Of a stretch of 64,000 nucleotides of DNA, positions 47,850 through 61,325 are shown in pieces; positions within the stretch are counted from its first letter, which is position 1; each line of letters opens with the position of its first letter. The stretch lies in assembly GCF_009914755.1 (NCBI RefSeq), contig NC_060925.1, one strand, 5' to 3'. Below the pieces are notes generated by a model. That model saw nothing but the letters and a program-made list of their open reading frames with translations. It did not search any database and was not told the origin of the DNA. Origin of the DNA: the human T2T-CHM13v2.0 reference genome, Homo sapiens. Made by a program: the position numbers and the translations under genes.

Positions 47850-50629
47850 TTAGTATATATTTTTAAGTACTTTGTTTTCTGCATTTTAAATGGTCTTTCT
47901 TCTAACAATTTGACATATGCCTTTTTAAGGGGATATTTCTGTTAAGTTACTAGAAGGATTTCATTTCCTTTTAAAGAAATCTAGTGTTAACCTTTTCAGT
48001 TTCATTAGCTATGAGTAATTTTGGCAAAATTTTAAGATGACAAAAGAAAACCTTTAAAATGATTCAGAGAATACCAAGAATTTATCAGTCATTACTTGCC
48101 TAACCACAGCTCATCCCTTGCTCTTACCAAGTATAAAATGAGTTTAAAAACCTGAAGAAACTTTGGTGGAGCTGAATGAAAATGATGCCTCCTAAAGACT
48201 TGTTTGTACATATTATATGCAAGATATTCTTACAAAGTCCATATTTTCACCCAAGACATACTGCTTTTTCTTGCTCATGAAATCATCGGACAGCTTTGAA
48301 TCTGTGTTTGGGAATGATGTAATCTAAATATTCATTATTATTTATTTTTGTCTTGACTTGTTGGCTGAGAGAAAAAGAAAGATAAGATACTTCTGAATTT
48401 CCAGTTAAATGTATTTGTAAATGTATTTTGCTCAGAATTTAGTTTTGCTTTAGATGTGCCATCAATGCTTATTTCTCCCTGTGTTTGAGGAGTGACTTTT
48501 GATATTATTGAAAATTCAGTTAAAAATAAAAGTCAATTTGTAATTCTAAATTAATTTTTATAACTTGAATTAAAGATTTTCTATGTAGCATGTTTCTATC
48601 TTGATATGTTGTATCTTGTTATGGTTTCCTAAAACTCTTATACATCTATTATTCATTCTTATCTCACTCACCCTCTTTTGTTTTTAAAAATGTTGTTCCA
48701 CATCATAGAGACATTGATTACTGAGAGATTAAATACATATATGTCTCCAAGTTTGTGATTTTCTTCATTTTAATTACTGGTACTATATGGGCATTATTCT
48801 TTCTCTGCCTCCTAAAACAAACAAACAAAAATACCAGGAATTACATCAAGATCTGATATACTTACAATTTTGTGCTTTCCAGTATATCTTTGATTTATCT
48901 CAAATTCCTTGTAAATAGCATTTCCTGAGAATGGCATCAGCATTTATGATGTGTCAAGAATCAGTTATTTCTCATGCCATTTTGATTTAAAGTGCAAGTA
49001 GTCTGTGTGTGTGTGTTTCATACCTATAACTAATATCAAGTTCAAATTTTTCTGTTTCCATTAGTGTTTGTTTTATTGTTTAACATGTTGATATAATAAT
49101 CCCTTTGGGGGAATGAATGGCATTTCTATGTGAAATTGCTAAATGTAAAGCTTATTCCTTCAGTTCAAGAACTTTCGATTTTACACACACACTCACACAC
49201 ACACACACATATATATTTTCCTGAAGGGCATTACGCATTCCTGCTTATATAAATCAGTTATTGAGAGCCCTTCCAGCCAGCCATGCTCACCCCCATTAAG
49301 GTTCTTACATCACTTTGAACAAGTAGCACTTACAAGTTGCGTGTTAATTTTCTGTGTTGCAGTCTGCATTCTGCATCTGACACTGTGCATCTTAAAGGAC
49401 TGCAAGATGGTTTTCTTATTTGTATCTGTAATAAAATCTGATAGTAAGATGGCATTCAGCATGGATTTTTATATGTAGAAAGGGTGGGCATTAACAGTTT
49501 AAGCTTGTCTGTACTCAGGATCAGGTTATTCATATTAATAATTTGTGTGTAGAGTTAAAACTATGATGCTCTTGGAGAAAATTTCTGCAAGGTTTTTCCT
49601 TCCTTCCATAAATAGTGTCATATGGTTTGTTCTTTAATACTGGTAATTTTTTTAACCCCTGCTATTGGTGTCCATTTATATCTAGCTCATTTTGTCAAAG
49701 CTTAATGTATACAACAGCTTAATGTTAGCTAAAACATATCTTACTAGATAGTTTATGTGAACTTTGTGATAGTGATTTGCCACTCATAGTCCTTTCCTTT
49801 TTTTTTTTTAACCCCTTTTCCTTTCCTTGCTGTTGTTTCATCGTGTTGCATTCTGTTCCATTCTGAAATCATGGTAGTTAACATGAGTTTACTGTGGCTG
49901 ACATGGTTAGAATTACTGCTAATGGAAAAAAGAGAAGTTAACTCTCTTTAATATATGTACCGGCATACATATTTCTTCTTCTGTTATTTGATTAAGTGGG
50001 AGAAACTTTGATGTAATCTAGTCTGTCTCTTTTTGTAAACCATCAAGTAAGGTAAGGCTTTATATTTTTTCAAATCTTAAACTGCAGTGCTCAATATTTT
50101 ACATTAAAAGTTGCAGAACGTAAATTTGATACTTGAAGTTTTCATTAGAAGTAGTAGAACCAAAATAATGTTAGTGAAAAAGCATATATATCATTTTATA
50201 TACTGCTATTTTCACTATGCAAAAAGCACATGCGTTTGTACAAGAAATAGAAGGGACTGAGCCAAAGCTAAAATTCTTTAAGGCAGTGAGTTTATGGATT
50301 TTATTTTTGCTTTATAATCTTATCTAATATCTTCATATGGTTTTTTAAATTAAGACAAATTAGAACTTTGTGTATCTTTGGATATTAAGAATGATATCTA
50401 GAAAAAGTTGCCTCTTATAAGCTGTAATTTTACACCCTTATTCCATATTTACTTTTATGCAGTAGATATCTTTTGTTTCTGACTGGCAGAATCCTATAAT
50501 TCTTTCAAGGTTCACCTCTAATGGTACCCGCCACCCTACATGGAAGGAATTTCTTCCTTAGGTTTCTAATACTACACTTTGTACACACATATATTTTAAT
50601 ACTTATTAGCTAGTTGTGTATGCATTAGA

Positions 50630-50830
50630 CTTTGTGACAGCCTGGCTCATTGAGAAAACACTGACTATGGAGCTAGAACAACCTGGCTTCAAGTCCTGAT
50701 TCTGTCCTTTACTAGTTTTATGATCATAAGCATATTATTTAATCTTTTTGAGCCTCAATCCTCATCTTGTTATTGTGGCCAATACTACCTGTCTTATAAG
50801 ATTGCAATGAAGTTTAAAGCATCATGTGTA
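50630..50830 (+). mobile_element. MIR
   Basis: TTCAAGTCCTGATTCTGTCCTTTACTAG...TGAGCCTCAATCCTCATCTTG. Confidence 0.6.
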
Positions 50831-51454
50831 AAGAGGCCAGCCCTCTCTGGTAGTGTCTAATAACTACTTCTTTAATTAAAAAGACTTGGATTCTGCCACT
50901 CCTTTGACATTGTACCTTCTTTTCCTGGAATGTTAGCTGGCTGAATCAGGAAGACTTGATCAAGCTGATTACTAAAAATGTCATTAATTTTTTTATTTGT
51001 TATGTAACTAGGGTTTTAATCAGCTTGCAGTACTGACTTAGATTTTTTTTGCAGTCTCTAAGATATTGCTTTTTTAAATGTTATTTTCCACACACTTAGA
51101 ACCTTGAGAGATTTGTGTTTTCAGAGACACATGAAATATCTTTTTGATTGTATTTTTTATTTTTATGTTTTTAACAGTAGGTTAATATTTTTCAACCTTT
51201 TCTTCATTATCCTCCCCCCAAGCTGCCTGTTTAGACATTTCTTCCTAATTACCTCTACCCATGAAATTTTAATTCCACAAATACAGTATATCTGTTTATG
51301 TGTAGTACTGTATGTGTATCTATACTTTATACTTAATAGAGTAAAATTTTGTTACCCTTCTCCACAAAGAACCAATTTTCACCCCCTTGGAATGATATCA
51401 CCCTTGTCAAGAATGCATGCATCAGACCTTTTAGACATGATTTGATGGAACAGA

Positions 51455-51665
51455 TTAATGGTTCAGTGCTTGGGTTCTAGATGGATAACTCTGAGAATGA
51501 ATTCTGCTTGCTCTGTTGATTAGCTGTGTGACCTTTTGTCATTCTCCTTAGCTTTCTAAAGCTTCTCTTCTTCATCTGTAAAATGGGAATACTACTATTA
51601 TCATCCTCATAAGGTTGTGCAGTACATTTAGCATATATTAATTGCTCAACATATATTAGCTATTA
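51455..51665 (+). mobile_element. MIR
   Basis: TTAGCTGTGTGACCTT...CTTCATCTGTAAAATGGGAATA core. Confidence 0.7.
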
Positions 51666-51956
51666 CTTTATCATCTTAATAATCACAACTTTAATTTTGT
51701 TCATTGGAACTTAAGACCTGAGTGTTAAGGGGTATCTACCTGTTCTCTTTATCCATTTTTTAAATACTGACTGCTGAAAATGTAAGCAATGTTGGTAACA
51801 TAAGATACCTACAGAACTCCTTAATAAAGAAAAGCTAATCAGAAAGAAAATTCCTTAGTGTACAAATAATTACATGTAGAGTATTAAAATGAATTTACAC
51901 AATAGCTTGAACCATAGGTTATTATTTTATTAAGTAATTCTGGGTTCTGTTTTTAG

Positions 51957-52019
51957 ATATTTGATTTAATGGATGCCAAAGCACGTGCTGATTGCATCAA
52001 AGAAATAGATCTTCTTAAG
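51957..52019 (+). CDS. NEK7: NEK7 coding exon, aa 67-87 IFDLMDAKARADCIKEIDLLK (alphaC helix, Glu82)
   Basis: Acceptor gtttttag| at 51956, donor AAG|GTAATT. 63 nt, phase 0/0, continues the reading frame. Confidence 0.97.
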
Positions 52020-53506
52020 GTAATTAATGAACTGTTGACTCTTTTGAACATAACATGGTGATAAAAGTGATTTACTAAAATATCACACTTAAACACAAAA
52101 AGGTTTTTAAGACTTATGCTACACTGATTTCAAGTAATATTATATAAGGTTAAATTTCAGTATACTGAAGAATGTAGTTATTTTTTGGATTTATTGTTAA
52201 ATAACATAATCAGAACATTTGTAGGACCAGCTTTTTTTTCTCATTTCAAAGTAGGAAATAGATAAAATGGGCATAAAACATTGAAGAATTTTTTTTTCTT
52301 GACCACCCCAACAAGACATATTCTAAAGGTTAAGTAATATAAATGCAAATTAGCATTATCTCAACATGTATTATATTGAGAATGTGGACTAATCAAAATG
52401 GTTCACATGCATTTTCTAATGTTTCAATACTTTTTCCAGACTTAGACAGAGTGCATGTAAAGAGTATGCCAGGAATTAGCTTTTTAGTTTCTCATCTACT
52501 AAGAATATGACTGAGATTTCAGTTATTTCTGCACTGCTTCTTTTATAGTGAAGTTTCTTTTGAGAAATACTGCGGCCTATGTTGTATTTTTAACTTTTAG
52601 TTAAGACTTCGCTCTTTTTTTATGCCATCCGTTTGTGTTAGTGCCTAAAATGAACCAGATTTATGCAAAAAGGAAGAAAGTAAGGTCAAAACAATGTTTT
52701 CTGACTATTCTGTTAGTTGTAGTTATTTCTTGGCACATGAAGTAGCTGGCTTAAATATATGTAAACTTTTACTGTGGAAATAGCATGTCATCATAGAAAA
52801 TTTGCAGCGAAAACTTTAAGTAGAAAGAAGAAAGTCACCCATACTTTCTGCATAATTTCTCAGAGAAACAATTCATCTTGTATTAATATGTTTAAAGATT
52901 GAACAAAAGGATTGCAAATGAGTAGGGACTGATACGTATATTTCTACAAGGTAAAATTTTTCTTAGGGATGATTTTATGAATTGGCTCACATGAATAAGT
53001 CCTGTATGTTATTTGATATAAAAGCAATAGTTAGATATAGTATAGTAGGTACCAGCTGTGTTTTGTCTACTAGCTGGAGTTATTCTAGGACCAACCATAA
53101 CTTCCAAGTAGGAGTAAAAAGGGATACTTTATTTATCATTGAGTGTTCCTAAATGAAAGTTCTCATTTTGAGGATGTAATTTTTAGCAGTTGGCGACCTA
53201 ATTCTATCATTTACTTCTTGCATCTGTTGATATGCTTATTGGGCATAGCAGTACTTTTAAATTAAGATTTAAACGTAAAATATATTCTTTCTAATAAAGA
53301 ATATTAAGATAAATTAATTTATACCTAGTTTTACTTTTAATAATTGTAATATTTGTTTCACAATTCACTAAAGAAAAGTATACTGTCATGTTAAGATTTC
53401 TGTAATTTAAAAAATACGGTGAAGTTTGTTCTTAAGTACAAAACTATAAGTGACTCTTGGATATTTACAGTAAGAAAACTTTCTGATGCCTGTTTTATTT
53501 TCTCAG

Positions 53507-53617
53507 CAACTCAACCATCCAAATGTAATAAAATATTATGCATCATTCATTGAAGATAATGAACTAAACATAGTTTTGGAACTAGCAGATGCTGGCGACC
53601 TATCCAGAATGATCAAG
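53507..53617 (+). CDS. NEK7: NEK7 coding exon, aa 88-124 [37 protein letters not shown] (Tyr97, gatekeeper/hinge)
   Basis: Acceptor ttttctcag| at 53506, donor AAG|GTAAGT. 111 nt, phase 0/0. HPNVIKY and LELADAGDL kinase motifs. Overlaps ORF 53486..53683. Confidence 0.98.
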
Positions 53618-54057
53618 GTAAGTTTTGAAAAAATTGTCTTAATGTTTTGTTTTGTTTTTTTTTCTAATAGAATTGTCTGTTAAACACATAGGGATATTAG
53701 ATATTTTAAACTAAAGACCTCAATGCAAAGCTTATCTGATAGATATGTAACAAATAGTAGATGGTTAGTGATCATAATTCTGAAACTGGTTTACTTGGTG
53801 ATGTTTACACTGATCAGCTTAAATATCTAAACACCCCAAAACCAACTTGGAAAGAGGCCAAGATACTTGTCTTCTGTAAGTTGAGTTAAAGTTTTGCTGT
53901 TTGATTCTCTGAGCAGACCATGCTTGATCCTGTGTCTCTGGACATGAGTAAAAGGAGGTAGAAAGAGACTCTAGAGCAGCTTGACCTGTTTCTTGGGGGG
54001 GAATCCATCAAAGAAAGTGGGATTTGCAGTCAGACCTTGGATATCAACCCCACATAA

Positions 54058-54147
54058 AAGTTGTTTAACCTTCTTTTCTAAGGGCATATTAATTCATAAT
54101 TAATATAATTAAGTTGTTTAACCTTCTTTTCTAAGGGCATATTAATT
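54058..54147. repeat. 37-bp perfect direct duplication with a 16-nt spacer
   Basis: AAGTTGTTTAACCTTCTTTTCTAAGGGCATATTAATT at 54058-54094 and 54111-54147. Confidence 0.95.
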
Positions 54148-54699
54148 GGGTTTAAGTTCAGCTGCAATTAATAGAAACCCTTAAATAATAGTAGCTTAAA
54201 AACTGTTTGTCCTTGGGCCAGTTACTTCTCTGTGTCACATTTTCTAAAAAACACAGTAATAATAGAACCTACTTTATAGGATTGTTGTAATGATTGAATT
54301 AATTAGTATTTATTAAGAGCTTAGAAGAATGCCTCACACATTGTAAGGCTATGTAAATGTATCTGCTGCTGCTATTATTATTGTTATTGTTATTATTTCT
54401 CTGTCACATAAAAGTCTGGGGCTAGTATGGTAGCTCTGCTCTATCAAGAGTATTTTAGAGACCCAGCCTATTTCTAGCTTATCAAGTCACACTAGGCTTG
54501 AAGGGACAAAGAGTACATGCTGGCTTTATCTTAAAGCACATTCCTGAGTGCTGCCTGTCACACAACATTTTCAACTTCATTCCCTTGGCCAGAATGTACT
54601 CTCATGAACCTATCTAGCTGCAAGGAAGGCTGGAAAAGAAAGTCTTCATTCAGCTGGCCATATGCCCAGCTAAACTTCTGTTACTATGGAAGACAAGTT

Positions 54700-55150
54700 G
54701 AACCATCTAGAAACAAACAAGAATAACCGAATGAGAAAAACAAAAGCTATTTATTTGAGCTTGCTGTAGCAAGGGAGTCAGCCAGTCATCACTTGCATCT
54801 TGGCAGAGAATTAAAAGCAAGCAAAGGAATGAAAGGTTCATAGAGGGAAGAAAAGGGAAGCCTTTGGGTATGCCCTGATGGGAGGCTGCTGACATAGAGA
54901 AGCTATAGACCGGCTGACTAGAAACAGGACGTCCTTGTGATTGGTTAGGAGTACATATTTGGCTTTCTCTGGTTGGTCCTAGTTAGAGGCAGAGACAAAA
55001 TTAGGGAAGCTGTCAGTTATTAATCAATTGTTATAGAAGTTACTGTTTAGCTTCCTAGATTGTCACTAGAGGTAGCAGTCTGGCTTCCTGCAAGTCTAAC
55101 TTATAGCACGCTGGCTTCCTGCATTGTTTAGTGTAGATAAAGAGTTGATT
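54700..55150 (-). mobile_element. ERV1-type solo LTR (MER31-like)
   Basis: AAGGGAGTCAGCC...GTGATTGGTTAGG...TTAGGGAAGCTGTCAGTTATTAATCAA...CTGGCTTCCTGCAAGTCT. CCAAT box on the minus strand. Confidence 0.6.
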
Positions 55151-56818
55151 TCCTGGGCAGGTAGGAAAGATTGATATGTGGTTGGATATATGTACATACA
55201 TTAGTACATATGCCTTTAAATAGATGGATGGATATGTGTACATACATTAGTACATATGTCTTTAAAAAGTATACATATAAACATACTATATATTATGTTA
55301 CTTAACCATCATAATAAAACTATATGACAGGTATTACTGACCCAATTTTATTTATATGGTCCTTCCTTTTTCTCCCTCACTCCCATGTCCCAGAAATAAC
55401 CTCTAACCTTTACGTGCACAAAACCTTCCCAACTTTACTTACTATCTTTATACCCATTTAAATATAAGAATATATACTAATACATTTATTCTTTCTCAGA
55501 CACATCACGATTTATTTTATTACTTTGTTAATAATTGGATTGTTTTCATTTTTTATTCTTACAGAGAAATCTCAAGTACAAAGCCTTATCTACATCAATA
55601 CAACTATATCTATACATACTCTATTGTCTATTTCTATTACATAGATTCATATAAACATTGCCGAGTAAGAGTATGCACATTTTAAATGATAATAGCTATT
55701 GCCAAATTAGTCCCTTAAATAGTTAGTACCAATTTGTAGCTTTTAAAAAATAGCTCTAGATTTTATTTTTTCATTTATTAGACATTTACTATGTGCCAGG
55801 TGCATGGTTCATGGCTTTTTGGAACTCATCATCCAGTGGGAGAAACAGGCATTTGACTAATACTAATATAAAACTATATACCTGCAGTTGTAATGAGTTA
55901 TATAAAGGAAAAGTGTGGGTTATAAGGGATGATTATAACAGGATCTCTGAAACTACACTGGTGAATTCAGATGGCAATTAAAGGATTTTAATCAGTTGTC
56001 CTAGTTATTTAATCTTAATGATTGAGCCAGTTTCTACATCAATAAAATTGGGTCAGTAATACCTGTCTTACAGTGTTGTTATGATGGTTAAGTAATATAA
56101 TATATAGTATGTTTATATATATACTTTTTAAAGACATATGTACAAATGTATGTGCACATACCCATCCATCTGTGCCTGTATGCATGTATGATATCTGATA
56201 GGTATTCACATTTTCTTTATTCCATTTAAACCTCTGATCACTACTCTTCTTCTAGCCCCCTTGCATCATACAAATCTACCCTTTTCTACTCTTCAAAGTT
56301 GACTTTATTCCTCCAGTTTTACAGAGTATTTAGAAGTCACTAGACAGGAGCACCCTCACCTTCCCATAACTGAACCTGCTAGACCTACTTGTGTCTGTTA
56401 CTGTTCTCTCCTCCTTCTCTCCTGTTACCGTATTCTTGTTAGATAGGAGGGATTGTTATGTGTCCCTCCACCTGGGTTCTCTATCCTTTCTCTGCCTGTA
56501 TTCTCAGAAATCTTAATTCCTATCATTATCTGTTCCCAGTCCTAGATTTATAACCATTGTGCACTTCTGAGTGCCTTTTCTCATCATTTAAATATGCTCA
56601 GGTCACTGTTATTTTAAACATATTTACATGTATATACATGCACACACACCTGTTCCTCATTCATTCATTCATTCATTCATTCATTCAAGAAACTTATTTT
56701 CCAGTGGGGAAGTCAAATAAAATGCTAAAAGCAAGTAGAATATATGATATGCCAGATGTTGATAAATCAATTGAGAAAAATTAAATAAGGAGTTTGGAGG
56801 AGGTGTGTTGCTATTTTA

Positions 56819-57125
<307 letters not shown>

Positions 57126-57199
57126 GTGTGTTGCTATTTTAAGTAAGATGATCTCAGAAGACCCTCTTAAGTCCTACCACCCTCACCTCTGCCTGCCTT

Positions 57200-58595
57200 T
57201 TCCTTCAATTACTACCCTAGTTCTTTTTTTTCCTTCACAGTCAGACACTTACTCCTGACCCTCTTTCCAACCTACCACTCGTAATGGCTCTTCAATGACC
57301 TCTCTCATGAAACCAGAGGACTTTGTCCAGTCTTCATTCTGCTTGATTTCTCAGCAGCATTTGGCTCTGCTTTTCATTCTCTTCCTAAAACACTCCTCCA
57401 TCGGCTTATTGAGTCCCACAGTGTCTTGATTTTCTTCCTACCTCTCTGGAGACTATCATTTTTCTTAACTGACTCATTCTCTTCTTCCTGGCCTTTAATG
57501 ATGGAATTTTAAGTTTCAGTCCTTGACTTTTTTTTTTTAATGTTCTTACGTTATAGCTGATCTCATTCATACCTACGGATTCAATTACTCTCTATACTCT
57601 TGTTGACTTCCAATTTTTTATCTTTAGCATGGAGCGCTCTTTAAATTCTGACTCTATATGGCTCAATATGTCTGTAAACAAATTCCTTACAGACTACCCA
57701 TCCTCCCATGTTCCCTAACTCGAGGCCTGGCACCAGTTTATCTCGTGCACTCTGGAAACCAGGACTTTTTTTTGACATTTCACTCTCCCTTACCTCTTCT
57801 TTTCAATCTCACCAGATTCTGTTTATTTTTTCTTCTAAATGCCTTTCAAATTTCTCCACCCAGCTCCCTTTCCATTTCTCTCCCTATCGTCTCTCATTTG
57901 GAGAGAGCGAGAGCTTTTTGTCTCCCAACATCCAGCACCCATTCCTTAAATCCGTTTCTCCATCAGTCTTTAAGACGTTAGAAGGGAGAGAAACAAAGAA
58001 AAAAGAAAAACTTCCTTTCAATCACATCTTTCTAGGTTTTCACTTTAAGGGTAAAGACTAAAATGTTTGGCAAGATTCAGCAAGCCTTGTGTGATACAGA
58101 AGATACGCTCCCTCAGAGAGGATCCGAGTCCGTTTTGTGTATTCACATATCCCAAGTGCCTAGAGCAGTGCCTAGCACAGAGCTTGTGCTCAGCATATAT
58201 TTGCTATGGAATCTGACTCCTGCTCTTGCTGTGGCTCATTGGCCTTTCATTTCCTTGAATGTGATTTTATTTTACCTGGGATGCTCTTCTTCTCCATTCT
58301 TGGCTGACTTTATTTCTGCTGGTACTTCAGTTCTTTACTTAGGTATCACTTCCTCAAGCATTTTCCTTTGACTCGTAGAGTACTTTATGGTATAAGTGCT
58401 CCCAGAGTACCCTTCCTACATAGCACTTAGTAATATAATCATGTATTCATGTGTGTAATTATTTTATTGGTGTTTGTATTTCCCATTAGACTTAAATTTC
58501 TGTTGAGCACAGAGACCATGCTGGCTTTGCTTGCCTGGCTATCTTCAGCTTCTAGCTCATAGCACCAACTTCAATAAATATGTAGTGAATAGATG
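57200..58595 (+). mobile_element. L2 fragments
   Basis: Pyrimidine-rich L2-like body; CCTAGAGCAGTGCCTAGCACAGAG and TCAATAAATATGTAGTGAAT ends. Confidence 0.6.
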
Positions 58596-60140
58596 TATAG
58601 AAGTTGGTTGTTTTACTTCTATTACACTTCTCTGTTCCAGGGCTCAGTAGATAACATGGGTGGTTGTATAACTGTCACAGCAATTTCCTGCTGCTTTATG
58701 CTCTCGTTTCATAGAGAGTTGCTGTGATATTCAGTGTATTTTTTTACGGGAGTGGGGTTGGGTAGTTAAGAAATTCTAAAATTGTTTTCTGAACATGCTT
58801 ATTAGTTCTGTAAGCAGTTCTTTATAAAATAGATTATATCAGGAAAAAAAATCATAGGAACTTCTTTTGTGAAGGAATAGAACAATGCCTTAAAGCTTTA
58901 CAAAGGACAGCAGTGAATGCTTGAATTGTAATGAACATGATTCATTTCTTTTTAGTGAGTAATATTGTAAATCATTGTGCATCATAACAATATATTTCAT
59001 TCTCTCAAGTCTTCAGCTTAATTGGGGTACAAGAGGAAATATAGCTTCTGGTCTGTATTCCAGAAATGAACCTCTGGATAGCATTGCATCAAAGATTTTT
59101 ACAAGTAAATAATTAATTGGTTCAGAGCAGGCTGACAAATATAATTAAGCAATTTATAGTTGAAATATTCAGTATTTCTCTAATTAGTGACAAAGGAATA
59201 CCTGAGGCTGTGGTCAGATGAAATACTTCCCAGATGAGTTTTAGGATAAAAGGAAATCTAGAATTTTTCATCATAATTTCTTCATTATCAGCAATCAGAA
59301 TTTTAAAGGAAAATCGACTCTTACAAAACAGATTTCAGTTAAATTGTGCTGTGTATGCCATATATTTTCTTTATTGTAGTTAAATTGGACACATACATGC
59401 TCCATTTTGTAGTATGTCTTATTATACTGTTTATTTCACTATTCTAATGTCAAGAAACATATTTGGTGATGAAGACCCAGTGTAGAGGAAATTAATCTCA
59501 AAAAATATATAAATAAGAGGATTTTAAAATTTCAACTTGTCAATAGAAATGTTACTAAAATATATTTTAAATTTTCATAGTTCATTTCACAAAATATACT
59601 TCATTCATTGAATTAATTTGTAAGTGCCTGTATTTATAACTACCTATTTGAATTAATATAGGTCAATTTGAGACAAATAGAAGAAACTGTAAATGCATGT
59701 ATTTAATATTATATATTTTTAAAAATTGTTTTGCTAGACTAGCAATAAAACAAAATGTAACCTAATGTTTTGAGAAGAAACTCAGAGGTTTGTTATCTGC
59801 CAAGAGAATGTCATACCGTATCACAGTGGCTAAGGAGGAAATGAATATTATTCTTACAATTTTTTTAGTGAAATATGCAATACAAATAATTTAAATGGAT
59901 GTCTGTTTCCTGCCAGGAGTTTGGTACTGCACAAAATAAATAAATAAGACCATCATTTCTTATTTCTAGGATATTTAGGTATAGGCTATCTTCTTAGATT
60001 GCTGACTTTGTATTTTCTACCTTGTTACCACCTGTAGGTCATTCCTTCTAAATTTGCTAGGAACCTTAAAACTCTTTTTCTTTATACATACATAAGATTA
60101 ATTTTACATACTGATTTTTCATGTGTTTACAACTGTATTT

Positions 60141-60771
60141 TGTATTAATTTTTTATTGCTGCATAGCAAATTACTACAAATTTAGCAGCTTTAAGCAACA
60201 CAAATTTATTACTCTAGATTCCTGTGGGTCAGGATTAGTGGGTTCTCTGCTGAAGGTCTTAGAAAATTGAAATCAAGGTGCCATCTGGGGCTGTGAGCTC
60301 ACTGAGGTTCAGGGTCTTTCTCCATGTTCACTGGTTTTTGGGGGAATTCAGTTCCTTGAAGTTGTATGGCTAAAGTTCCTACTTCCCTCCTGGTTGTCAA
60401 CTGGGGGTATCCTTAGGTTCTTGAGGCTGCTGGCCATTTTCTGCCCCATTCATCTCCACAACCTGCCATTGTGTTCCCTTAAGACCAGCAGGAGAGTTTC
60501 TCTGGATTCAGATCTCTCTTGACTTTTTTGAATGGCTCACCCAATTAGGTCATGACTACCCATGCTAATGTCCTTCTTGATTAACTCAAAGTCAGCTGAT
60601 TAGGGACCTTCATTACATCTGCAAAATCCCTTCTTCTTTATAACATCATATGAAATGGGAGAGTAATTCATAATATTCACATGCCCTACTCACATTCAAG
60701 AGAATGGGATTATACAACAGGACTTGAGAATTTGGGGGAGTGAGGTACATCTTAGAATTCTGCTTATGACA
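60141..60771 (-). mobile_element. MLT1 (MaLR) LTR
   Basis: TG...CA ends; ATTGCTGCATAGCAAATTACTACAAATTTAGCAGCTTTAAGCAACAC and ATTACATCTGCAAAATCCCTT motifs. Confidence 0.8.
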
Positions 60772-61254
60772 GACGTTAATAAATTAGCTAGAATGTCAAC
60801 CATGTTTTGGAGATAACTGTTATCTTCAAATATTATAACTTAAAAATCTTGTTCACATACTTGGTTTGGCTGTTTTTACATTTGCAGACACATCTTTATT
60901 TGTCCTTATCCAAATGTAGAGGTTGTATTGGAAATAAAATCACTTTGAAATGTCTTTTACACTCTTGGCCTTTGGATCCTTAAAGCAATAAAGGTTTCCC
61001 AGCAGTCCCATCTCTCTTTGATAACTCTGATTTATTGTTTACCAGGATACCCACACTTTCCATTTCAGCATCTGGACAAAGTGTATAGCCCATATCAGAC
61101 AATTATGAGAACTGCCAGTGATTCCAAATGCAGTTTCCCACTAAGTCTTTTGTATGAGATCATCACCTGTCTTATATTTCATTTTAGAATTATTCTGAAG
61201 TCCTAAGGTTGCAAGTTAGCACTATCTGAAAAAACTACCCAGGATTGAATATTA

Positions 61255-61287
61255 TTTTATATATATATAAATTAAAAATTTATATTT

Positions 61288-61325
<38 letters not shown>
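61255..61325. repeat. (TA)n(CA)n microsatellite
   Basis: Read directly from the sequence. Confidence 0.85.
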
